64,000 nucleotides of DNA from an uncultured virus (IMG/VR IMGVR_UViG_3300015607_002134) (lineage: Duplodnaviria > Heunggongvirae > Uroviricota > Caudoviricetes). The position numbers and the translations under genes are program-made. The stretch covers positions 1 to 64,000 of IMG/VR virus record IMGVR_UViG_3300015607_002134. One strand, given 5' to 3'. Under the pieces are notes generated by a model, which ran no database searches, was not told where the DNA came from, and saw only the letters and a program-made list of their open reading frames with translations. Numbering within the stretch: the first letter of the stretch is position 1; every line of letters starts with the position of its first letter. Shown in pieces: positions 42,009 through 50,933 of the stretch.

Positions 42009-42314
42009 TTATTTCTTTTTGTATCTTTTACTTTCCATTGTTTCTGATGAGGCTACATTTCTAACAGCTGGTTCTTCTACACCAACCATTCTGCTTTTAC
42101 CTCCTTCAGTTGCGTAACTTAAAGAGTAAACACCAAGTTCAACATCTTCATTTTGATTAGCAATGAATTCCATTTTATCTTCAGCTTCTTCTTGAGAATT
42201 AGCTCTTACAGTGATATCACAAGTGAATGTGTAATAGTTATTCACATCTGTATCTTCACCCCAATTTTGTTTAGGTTTTTGTTCATATAGTTCGTTGAAC
42301 TTCTTAATCTTCAT
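42009..42314 (-). CDS. Hypothetical protein with MKIKKFNELYE start
   Basis: Late motif at 42340-42348. Confidence 0.6.
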   Translation of the reverse strand: MKIKKFNELYEQKPKQNWGEDTDVNNYYTFTCDITVRANSQEEAEDKMEFIANQNEDVELGVYSLSYATEGGKSRMVGVEEPAVRNVASSETMESKRYKKK

Positions 42315-42408
42315 AATAATGAATTATTTTTTAATAATGTATATATTATTTTTTATAACGTAATTTATATATAAAAAACAAAAACCCACTTTTCAGTGGG
42401 TTTTTTTA

Positions 42409-43494
42409 TTATGCCAATTCATTTATTTCACTGAATACTGTTTCAAGCATTCTATTTGATACTAAATAAGGGTCGCAGTTTGAGGCAGGTCTCCTATCTT
42501 CAAAATATCCTTTCTTATCAACTATTGCCTGAGCTGGTATTCTGATTGATGTGTCTCTTGTGCTATATCCATAGCTAAAGTCATGTATACCTGATGTTTC
42601 ATGTTCACCGGTTAATCTTTGTTCATTGTGTAATCCATATACATCAATGTGATTTTGATGATTTTTTTCAAGTTTAATCATCGATTCTTTTATTATATCG
42701 ATACCACCTTCAGATCTCATTTCTTTAGTCGAGAAGTTAACATGACATCCTGTTCCATTCCAATCACCTTTGATAGGTTTTGGGTGAAGAGATACATTGA
42801 CATTATGTTTTTCTGCCACTCTTTGTAATAGATATCTAGATATCCATAATTGATCTGAACCATTTAATGCGGTTACTGGTCCAATTTGATACTCCCATTG
42901 TCCTAAAAGAACTTCTGCATTTATACCAGATATTTCTAAACCTATATTTAAACATAGATTCATATGTTCTTCTACTATTTCTCTACCAACAACAGTATCA
43001 GCTCCTATTCCACAGTAATAATCACCTTGTGGTCTTGGAGTTTGACCTATTGTAAATCCTAATGGTAAACCAACTCCCTCAGAAAATGGTGAAACTGGTT
43101 TGTGTGTCAGTGTGTATTCTTGTTCCCATCCAAACCAAGGTAATTCTGATTTTGGTGAGTTTTCATTTATTCCTAGTTCTTTTAATCTATTTACTAGTTT
43201 GTGTCTGTTATTTGATTCGTGTGGTGTTCCATCTGGACTCATAACTTCACATAAAACTAATTTAGAACCATTATTTCTAAATGGGTCGTTTACTACAAAT
43301 ACTGGTTTTAATAAACAGTCAGTATTTTTGCCTTTTCCAGATAAAGCTTGTTTTGTTGAACTTCCATCAAATGACCAAATTGAATAGTTTGATGGGTCAT
43401 TGTTTTCAATGGGTTCAGATATTTTTGTCTTACTTCTCAGTTGTTGTGGGTTATTCCCATCCAACCAAATGTACTCTAACATGATTTTATTCAT
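42409..43494 (-). CDS. glnII: Glutamine synthetase type II
   Basis: EYIWLDG, WSFDGSST, EQEYT, INAEV...QWEYQIGP, DWNGTGCH, YFEDRRPASNCDPY. Confidence 0.93.
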   Translation of the reverse strand: MNKIMLEYIWLDGNNPQQLRSKTKISEPIENNDPSNYSIWSFDGSSTKQALSGKGKNTDCLLKPVFVVNDPFRNNGSKLVLCEVMSPDGTPHESNNRHKLVNRLKELGINENSPKSELPWFGWEQEYTLTHKPVSPFSEGVGLPLGFTIGQTPRPQGDYYCGIGADTVVGREIVEEHMNLCLNIGLEISGINAEVLLGQWEYQIGPVTALNGSDQLWISRYLLQRVAEKHNVNVSLHPKPIKGDWNGTGCHVNFSTKEMRSEGGIDIIKESMIKLEKNHQNHIDVYGLHNEQRLTGEHETSGIHDFSYGYSTRDTSIRIPAQAIVDKKGYFEDRRPASNCDPYLVSNRMLETVFSEINELA

Positions 43495-43569
43495 ATGTAT
43501 GGTTTTATTTTTGTTTATTATATTAATTTTTAAAACTTAGTTTCTTCCAAAACATACAATTTTTATAAA

Positions 43570-43881
43570 ATGAGATCGATGAATAAAGTAATTTTACAAT
43601 TTTGGGAAGAGTCCGAAAGAGGATGGGGAACTAGACCTGATGGGTGTTCACTTCATTTAGACATTAATAGTAGAAACTCATATGTTGAGAAAATATATGA
43701 AGATAGAAAGTCATCTGATGTTCCAGATGAGTATGATAGAATTGTAGGTGAACCAATAGACGCTTTTATAAGTGATGTTATGTTTGCTAGAGTTAAGTTG
43801 AAAACTAATGTTAGAATACACGAGCATGAGTTAAATAATTTAATGAATATGGCAGAAATAATAGTTAAAGATGATAAATAG
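43570..43881 (+). CDS. Hypothetical phage protein
   Basis: WEESERGWGTRPDGCSLH block. Confidence 0.6.
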   Translation: MRSMNKVILQFWEESERGWGTRPDGCSLHLDINSRNSYVEKIYEDRKSSDVPDEYDRIVGEPIDAFISDVMFARVKLKTNVRIHEHELNNLMNMAEIIVKDDK

Positions 43882-44218
43882 TATTTTCTATATTCTATTG
43901 TTTCTATTCATTTGGAATGAATTCTATTATGTTAGAAATAGAAACAAATTAGCTACTAAATTTAGGGATAGGGCAATTGAGTCTTATACTTTATTTGACG
44001 TAGTATATTACCTAACTAGAGTTTTTTATTGGTTTTGGTTAATCATTGGTTGTTTTTCACATTTACAGCATTATTTTCAGATAATAATACTGTTATCATT
44101 GGGTAAATTTATATTATACCACTTAAATAAGAAAATATACGATGTATATGACTTAATAATAGCTATTGTGTCAATAGTTACTTTAATATTATTATTTGTT
44201 GATAGGTTTATAAGTTAA
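43871..44218 (+). CDS. Membrane protein (3-4 TM)
   Basis: Multiple hydrophobic segments. Confidence 0.6.
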   Translation: MINSIFYILLFLFIWNEFYYVRNRNKLATKFRDRAIESYTLFDVVYYLTRVFYWFWLIIGCFSHLQHYFQIIILLSLGKFILYHLNKKIYDVYDLIIAIVSIVTLILLFVDRFIS

Positions 44219-44738
44219 ACCTTTTTAATGTATCTTCGGTTATAACAATGAACTTATAACCCTTTTTCTCACACCATTTAATCATTGTTTGCCACTTTTC
44301 TGCATTCTTTTGAGCCATTTTGAATTTATATTCAAGTGATTGTAGTTTCTTTAATGATGTTTTTTCTGGTGTTTGAAATTTACCTTCTGTGAATAACACC
44401 GCGTCATTATATTCTGCTTTTGGTTTTACCTCAGCTATAACAGTCTGAATGCTACCATCTGGCATTTTTAGTTCATAGTAGAAATCTGGATAATATGAGT
44501 GTTCTTTTATTTTTAACTCACCATTTACAACGTGTGTCATTTGATAAGGTATTCTTATACATTCGGATCCCCATTTTACAATCTCCTTTTTATTATCCAA
44601 CCAAGTTATTATTTTCTTTTCCCAAGAGCTTCTAAAGAAAACTCCACCTTTGGCATTTAACTTAATAACTTTGTCTTTATGTTTTGGGATATAATTCCCT
44701 TGATTATACTTGGAGTTATTTGGTGCTGAATTTAACAT
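44208..44738 (-). CDS. Head completion nuclease (T4 gp4/TnsA-like)
   Basis: FRSSWE, WGSE...IPY, YYPDFY, EVKP, F.VITE. Confidence 0.88.
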   Translation of the reverse strand: MLNSAPNNSKYNQGNYIPKHKDKVIKLNAKGGVFFRSSWEKKIITWLDNKKEIVKWGSECIRIPYQMTHVVNGELKIKEHSYYPDFYYELKMPDGSIQTVIAEVKPKAEYNDAVLFTEGKFQTPEKTSLKKLQSLEYKFKMAQKNAEKWQTMIKWCEKKGYKFIVITEDTLKRFNL

Positions 44739-44787
44739 ATTTATATATGTGACGTTTTTTTATATATAAAAAAACTCTTTTTTCGAT

Positions 44788-45483
44788 ATGGGTGCATTAC
44801 AAGACAAAGTTGATTTGAGTCTATTGGTATATGGCAATGGAGTAGCTGATAATTTTAAAAATAACTCACTATACTTTTATGATAAGTATCAAAAGAGTGA
44901 TAAGGAAATAACAAGCATAAATGTAAAGGATATTAAACTCGGTGGTTTTTATTTCCTTCACTATCTGGATGATTCTAATTGGATGAGATGGTCACCTATT
45001 TTTGCTTGTGATTATAGAAAGTTCTCTAATCAAGTTATTTTATTTGGTGTGAACTTTAACTTTATTCCTTTGGAGGTTAGAGTATCTATTTTTGATAAGT
45101 TTATCACGGAAGAAGATTTTGAGAAAGACACCTTACTTAAGGTTGATTATGCAGGTGTTTATAGAGAGCTTTTAAAATATGGATTTGAGTATGCTATAAC
45201 TGAGTATAATTTGATACAGGTTAAATTTGTACACAAAATATCTATGAATATGGTTCCTAGATTTTTATATTCACAACATCCTCAAAATAAATATGATCCA
45301 AATAAATTAGTTCAAATATGGAATGCTAAATTGGACTCAAGAGATAAGAGACATAAAGAGATGATGTCATCACTATTATCTGATTTCTATGATGTTAATG
45401 GTGAGATAAAGGATAAATATAAAAAACTCAAAGAACACATACAAAGACTGCAAAATAGTGCAGAAAAATATGGTGGAAAATAA
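44788..45483 (+). CDS. DNA end protector-like protein (T4 gp2-like)
   Basis: GGFYFLHY...PI...FGVNFNFIPLEVR resembles gp2 GLNLHYLP; adjacent to gp4. Confidence 0.55.
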   Translation: MGALQDKVDLSLLVYGNGVADNFKNNSLYFYDKYQKSDKEITSINVKDIKLGGFYFLHYLDDSNWMRWSPIFACDYRKFSNQVILFGVNFNFIPLEVRVSIFDKFITEEDFEKDTLLKVDYAGVYRELLKYGFEYAITEYNLIQVKFVHKISMNMVPRFLYSQHPQNKYDPNKLVQIWNAKLDSRDKRHKEMMSSLLSDFYDVNGEIKDKYKKLKEHIQRLQNSAEKYGGK

Positions 45484-45499
45484 TTAATATATAGTTAAT

Positions 45500-45973
45500 A
45501 TGAAACATCTTAGAAAATTCGAAGAACTTGACTACTCTACATATAGTAGTGCTGCTGCAAAACTTAAGCAACATGGTCAAAAGGCAAGAGCTGCAAAATT
45601 ATCATCTCACGCTGAAGAGATGGAGATGAAAAGAATAAATCAAATGTCATTTGATATTCTTGTTGGTGAAACTAGACCATTTAATGATGCTAAATATAAA
45701 TCAGTAAATGTTTTAAGAGAGAGTGGCGCTAAGGGTATTGTTTGTATTTTCGAGTCAGGTAATAACACACACAGAGTATTGTCTACTATCAACGCTGATG
45801 GTTCTGTTATTTGGAGAGACTATAATAAATTTGCTAATAGAAAATCAGTTAATGAATATCAGAAATTACTAAGAATGTTGGGTGAATTTCAACCAGAAGT
45901 TAAGAAACTTTTAGAGGAGATGAATTTAACTCCTGACTCATTAAAAGTTGTTCCTAGAACATTTTATATTTAA
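45500..45973 (+). CDS. Hypothetical protein with MKHLRKFEE start
   Basis: Late motif at 45485-45493. Confidence 0.6.
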   Translation: MKHLRKFEELDYSTYSSAAAKLKQHGQKARAAKLSSHAEEMEMKRINQMSFDILVGETRPFNDAKYKSVNVLRESGAKGIVCIFESGNNTHRVLSTINADGSVIWRDYNKFANRKSVNEYQKLLRMLGEFQPEVKKLLEEMNLTPDSLKVVPRTFYI

Positions 45974-46040
45974 TTGGCCTACCCTGGGTTTGGAGGGGCA
46001 TCATATTTTTAATATATACCATTAAATTTTAATTTTTTAA

Positions 46041-47732
46041 ATGGCTTCATATAACCCATCAAACACACAGGGAAATTTTCAATATATTAATTCTGCAGTT
46101 GAGAACAAGGGATTGTTTTCGAGAATTTTAAGAAACTTATCATCTCATGGTATGAACTATGATGACATGATAGTTAGAAACCAAGTTGGTGTTGGTATAA
46201 ATGAAGATCCATATGCTGCTAGAGGTAATAGCATGTATGATTTCTTCTCACAGAGAGCTGTTGCCTCTGTCCTTAATAAGAAGTCTATTCCATATTTAGA
46301 TAAATCATACGGTGATAAAAGAAGAATTTTAAGAGAATATTCTATAAAGGATGAGATAAGAGATTTCGTTAGTACTATATGTGATGAATCAATTATCTAT
46401 AATGATAAGGATTTCTGTCAACCAAAGCCATTATCAAATGATTACCCACAAGAAGTTAGAGATAAGTATCAAGAGTATTTTGAGAAAGTTTATAATAAGT
46501 TTGGATTCTCCGATAACATTAGTGCTTGGAATATGATGAGAGATTTTTTAATTGATGGGTATGTTGCGGTTGAGATAATCTATGATGATAAGAAAAAGAA
46601 TATAATTGGATTTAATAGACTAAGACCCGAAACATTAGTTCCCGCATATGAGCCATCTATTGGTCATTTGTGGATTCAATTTCCTGAAGATCCTCAATTG
46701 AGAAGGATATTTTTAGATTCTCAGATTATTTATATTTCATATTCAACGCAAAATGACTATTCTGAAACTTCATATGTTGAAGGTTTGATTAAGCCTTATA
46801 ACCAATTAAAGATAATTGAACAAACAAGAATAATGTTCAACATCATTAATGCTACTGTTTATCAAAAGTTTACTATACCAATTAAGGGATTACCTAGACA
46901 AAGAGCTGAAGAGCAAATTGGTCAGTTAATACATGACTATTCTGAAGAAGTTGAGTGGGATGATTCACTTGGTACTTTAACTATAAATGGAGCTAAACAC
47001 TTACCTTACAATAAACAAGTTTGGTTTCCTGAGGGAGATGCTGGTACTCCAAATATGGAGTTAGTTTCACCAGAAGGACACAACTTAAATGAGAGTGATA
47101 TACTAACTTGGTTCTATAATGCATTAAAAAGGGCATCTAAGATTCCTTTCCAGAGATTTGAAAAGGAAAATGGTGGTGGTAATATATTTACCGATGCTGC
47201 TGAGATGACAAGAGATGAGGTTAAGTTTTCTAACTTCATTGGGAGATTAAGAGCTAACTTTAAAGAATTAGTAGTTAAGCCAATAAAATTACAAATGATG
47301 ATAGAGTTCCCTGAGTTAAAAGAAGATGAGATATTTATTAATCAAGTGGATATATCATTTAACTCCAATCAGTTATTTGAAGAGTGGAAGAAGATCGGAA
47401 ACATGGAGAAGAAAGCCGGTGTTCTATCAACGTTACTTGGTATTCAAAAGGCTGATGGTAATCCATACTTCCACATTGAGTACTTAATAGATCACGTATT
47501 TAAGTTATCTCCAGAGGAGAAAGAAGAAAATAAGAAATATTGGACTAAAGAGGGTGCTGGTGGTGGATCTGCTACAGAAGGTGGTGGAGGCGCTGAAGGT
47601 GGCGGTGAAATGGGTGGTCCTGAAGGTGGTGGAGAAGCCGGAGGTCCTGAAATGGGTGGTCCTGAACCGGGTGGTGAAGCTGGTGGAGGTGCTGAAGGTG
47701 GCGGTGAAGCTGGTAGTGAATTTGAATTTTAA
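46041..47732 (+). CDS. Portal protein (T4 gp20-like) with Gly/Glu-rich tail
   Basis: FLIDG, KPYNQLKIIE, WFP, ASKIPFQR, EMTRDEVKFSNFI.RLR. Confidence 0.93.
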   Translation: MASYNPSNTQGNFQYINSAVENKGLFSRILRNLSSHGMNYDDMIVRNQVGVGINEDPYAARGNSMYDFFSQRAVASVLNKKSIPYLDKSYGDKRRILREYSIKDEIRDFVSTICDESIIYNDKDFCQPKPLSNDYPQEVRDKYQEYFEKVYNKFGFSDNISAWNMMRDFLIDGYVAVEIIYDDKKKNIIGFNRLRPETLVPAYEPSIGHLWIQFPEDPQLRRIFLDSQIIYISYSTQNDYSETSYVEGLIKPYNQLKIIEQTRIMFNIINATVYQKFTIPIKGLPRQRAEEQIGQLIHDYSEEVEWDDSLGTLTINGAKHLPYNKQVWFPEGDAGTPNMELVSPEGHNLNESDILTWFYNALKRASKIPFQRFEKENGGGNIFTDAAEMTRDEVKFSNFIGRLRANFKELVVKPIKLQMMIEFPELKEDEIFINQVDISFNSNQLFEEWKKIGNMEKKAGVLSTLLGIQKADGNPYFHIEYLIDHVFKLSPEEKEENKKYWTKEGAGGGSATEGGGGAEGGGEMGGPEGGGEAGGPEMGGPEPGGEAGGGAEGGGEAGSEFEF

Positions 47733-47761
47733 CAAAAAATCCTCTCAAATGAGAGGATTTT

Positions 47762-48184
47762 TTAATTATCTATATAAAACACTACTTTATTTCTTTTTTC
47801 GAGTTTCATGACTTTTATCTCTAAGTCTATTTCATTTGAGATTATTTCTTTTAATATCTTACCATTAGGAGTTGTCATTGTTTCTATTGTGACTTTCAAT
47901 CTTTCTACCGTATCATCCTTTATTATGAAGTTCATTGATACTATCTTAAATGCAAATTTGGTAATACTTATTTCCTCATTTTCGGGTTTACCGAGTAGTC
48001 CAAGAAACTCCCATGATCCTGATGATATCTCATCTATTGCGAATTCAACTTTCTTGCCCTCTAATAGAGTATTTAGTTTTACCTCTCTAAGGTATGACTT
48101 GAATTCTGGTAATGGTTCTAAAAGATGGTTAAATGATGAGAACACCAATTCGCTTTCTAAATTAACTATAAAATCTTTTCTCAA
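47762..48184 (-). CDS. Degenerate prohead-protease-like protein
   Basis: GLLGKP...ISITKFAFKI...TIETMTTPNGKILKEII parallels the gp21 GELxHP...TPxGKI pattern. Confidence 0.5.
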   Translation of the reverse strand: MRKDFIVNLESELVFSSFNHLLEPLPEFKSYLREVKLNTLLEGKKVEFAIDEISSGSWEFLGLLGKPENEEISITKFAFKIVSMNFIIKDDTVERLKVTIETMTTPNGKILKEIISNEIDLEIKVMKLEKRNKVVFYIDN

Positions 48185-48576
48185 TTTTCAATTTCCTTTT
48201 TTGATATGTTGTCAACTCCGTACTTATCGACTAATGTTTTCTTCATCTTAGCCAATACTTTTCTATTTTGAATTGGGTAATCAACACCATGTGTCTTTTG
48301 TAGTGAATTTTTTCTTTTTGTTTCAGAACATTTTCTACAATAGTATTCACCCCATTTGTTATTGTACTTTACATAGTTTTTGAATATGACTTCTTTTTCT
48401 TTATCACATCCTTCTCCGTCACATTTACATTTTATTTTAAAATGAGAACCTTTTGATAGTAATTCAATTGGTATTACCAAATCATCACCTATTGAAACAT
48501 CGTCATATCCCATATCCTCATAATATTGGAAATTGGATTCAGTTATTCTTATAGTTATCTCCCTGGTTAGTATCAT
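48181..48576 (-). CDS. Orphan homing-endonuclease-type N-terminal DNA-binding module
   Basis: LSKGSH.KIKCKCD, YCRKC, KYGVDN repeats; no nuclease motif. Confidence 0.55.
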   Translation of the reverse strand: MILTREITIRITESNFQYYEDMGYDDVSIGDDLVIPIELLSKGSHFKIKCKCDGEGCDKEKEVIFKNYVKYNNKWGEYYCRKCSETKRKNSLQKTHGVDYPIQNRKVLAKMKKTLVDKYGVDNISKKEIEN

Positions 48577-48733
48577 GGATTTTTTACAATTTTACTTATT
48601 TATTAAAAAATACACGCTTCTTCCATGATTATTATAGGTATTTGGAAAATAAGTACTATAAAAAATCCACCTCTGGAAAAAAAGGGTTCTGGTCGACAAT
48701 ATATACTTTACCTTAAAAAATAAGATATTTTAA

Positions 48734-50851
48734 ATGAAACCAGTTTTAATCGTAGAAAACTCGACAAATTCCCTGGTAAAAGAGAGCACTTCTGGTAAGA
48801 AGGATTATATCTTGGGTGGTATATTCACTGAATTCGGTGTTAAAAATCGTAATGAAAGAATTTATACTGCTGACAAGTTTCTTCCTTGTTTAGAAGAGTT
48901 AAACGATCGTATGAATACGTTCGGTACTGTTTACGGAGAGTTTGATCATCCTGATGTATTTGATACATCCCTATCTAGATCATCACATATTATCACAAAA
49001 GCTGAATATATGAAAGAGTCTAATAGAGTTGAGGGTGAAATTAGATTATTGAGCACTTATTGGGGTAAAGAAGCAAGGGCATTAGTTGATGACGGATGTC
49101 CAATTTTCGTTTCCTCTAGAGCTGCAGGTATTACTGAGTCTGACGGTACCGTAACATTGAAGAAGTTATTTACTTATGATATTGTTGCTGACCCAGGATT
49201 TGCATCTGCAAAAATGAGTGTAAAAGTACTTAATGAATCATTCGGTTACTCAAATAACACAAACTTCAGGATATATGAAATGTCCGATGAGTCAAAAATT
49301 AATGAATTATTCAATATGAACAAAAATGACTTTGTCACTAAAAAACAATTGACTGATTACTCTCAGTATCTAATTAAAGAATTAGCTACTACTAAGAAAG
49401 AAGTTAAGAATGCTTTAACTAAAGGTAATCTAAGTCCAAAGAAGTTAGAAACTCTTCTAGAATACTATGAAGAATTACAATCAACTAACTCACAAATCGT
49501 TAAGTATCTTGACTACCTTGCTGAAAAGGTACAAGTTGTTGTTAACGAGAACTCATCATTAAAAAAGACAGCTGATAAGCTTATCAAACATAATGATTAT
49601 TTAGCAGAAAATTTAGAAAAAGCTATTAACTATACTGAATATCTTGCTGAAAATCTTGATAAGAATATTGACTACTCTGAATATTTAGCAGAAAACTTAG
49701 ATAAGAATATTTCTTACGCTGAGTATTTAGCTGAAAATCTTGATAGAAACATTTCATATTCAGAATATATCGCTGAGAATCTTGATAAAAACATTCAATA
49801 CTCTGAATATTTAGCTGAGAATTTAGATAATAATATCGCTTATTCAGAATATATCGCTGAGAATTTAGATAAGAACATTTCTTACTCTGAATATTTAGCT
49901 GAACATTTAGATAATTCTATCGCTTACTCTGAATATTTAGCAGAGCATGTTGAAGGAAATATCGCTTATTCAGAATATATCGCTGAACATTTAGATGATA
50001 ACATCGCTTATTCAGAATATATCGCTGAAAATCTTGACAAATCAATTTCTTACCAAGGAATGATCGTTGAGAAATTAAATGGTGGTAAACTATTCGAAAG
50101 TAATGGTGAAATGTTACCATCTCTAGATGCTGCTGGTTTTGAATCAGTTGGTGAAGAAGAGGAAGAAGAAGAGTGTGGTCCATGTAATGATGAACTACCT
50201 CAAGAGGAAGAAGAAATGGCACCAGCTATGGAAAATGCTTCTCAAGAAGAAGAGGAAGAAGAAAACGCTGAAGTAAATGCTTCAGAAGAGGAAGAAGAGG
50301 AAGAAGTACACGAACAAATCAGTGGTAGCTCTGACACAGAATTATCACAATCTATTGATAAATTAATTGAAGAGGCTAAAAAACGTAAAGTCTCTGAATC
50401 AACTGACTTGAATTTCTTAAAGTTCTTAAACAAGTCACAAGTTGATAGCTTCTATGCATTAAATCCGGAAGAACAGGAAACTGTTAAACTTCACATAAAC
50501 GAAAGAAGTTATTTCACACAAAAGGATGTATTAGCATTAATTAGTGAAGCGTTATCTGCAAAGAATGAATCTCTTGAAGAAAGAGTAATCAGATTGATGC
50601 CTGAAAACGTTAAGCCAATCTGGAATCAGTTAAATGAATCTTCTAAGAAATCTATCTTATCACAAGCTAGATTATATCCAGAAGATGTATTAAAAACTGA
50701 AAGTCAAATTGAGCATTTCTGGTTGACCAGAAATCTTAAGAAAAATGAATCTGTAACTAAGCAGTTAGTATCTCACGAAAGTTTAATTCAAGAAGATAGA
50801 CTTTCTGATAAAGATGTACAAGCTATAATGGAAAGATTCAAAAACATTTAA
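48734..50851 (+). CDS. Prohead protease (gp21-like) fused to scaffold
   Basis: KNRNERIY, GEFDHP, SH, VSSRAAG, YDIVADPGFASA, followed by a long helical repeat region. Confidence 0.92.
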   Translation: MKPVLIVENSTNSLVKESTSGKKDYILGGIFTEFGVKNRNERIYTADKFLPCLEELNDRMNTFGTVYGEFDHPDVFDTSLSRSSHIITKAEYMKESNRVEGEIRLLSTYWGKEARALVDDGCPIFVSSRAAGITESDGTVTLKKLFTYDIVADPGFASAKMSVKVLNESFGYSNNTNFRIYEMSDESKINELFNMNKNDFVTKKQLTDYSQYLIKELATTKKEVKNALTKGNLSPKKLETLLEYYEELQSTNSQIVKYLDYLAEKVQVVVNENSSLKKTADKLIKHNDYLAENLEKAINYTEYLAENLDKNIDYSEYLAENLDKNISYAEYLAENLDRNISYSEYIAENLDKNIQYSEYLAENLDNNIAYSEYIAENLDKNISYSEYLAEHLDNSIAYSEYLAEHVEGNIAYSEYIAEHLDDNIAYSEYIAENLDKSISYQGMIVEKLNGGKLFESNGEMLPSLDAAGFESVGEEEEEEECGPCNDELPQEEEEMAPAMENASQEEEEEENAEVNASEEEEEEEVHEQISGSSDTELSQSIDKLIEEAKKRKVSESTDLNFLKFLNKSQVDSFYALNPEEQETVKLHINERSYFTQKDVLALISEALSAKNESLEERVIRLMPENVKPIWNQLNESSKKSILSQARLYPEDVLKTESQIEHFWLTRNLKKNESVTKQLVSHESLIQEDRLSDKDVQAIMERFKNI
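49598..50059 (+). repeat. 11 tandem 42-nt (14-aa) repeats, consensus Y(L/I)AE(N/H)LDxNIxYSE
   Basis: Counted from the translation. Confidence 0.92.
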
Positions 50852-50933
50852 TCTGTATATAAAAAATCCACCCTTGAAAAATATAGGTTTAGGACACATA
50901 TATATAGATATACAAAAAAGAAAAAATTAAATT

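Noticed and set aside
49598..50059. CRISPR array
   Set aside because: The 42-nt units are contiguous, in frame and lack unique spacers; this is a coding repeat.
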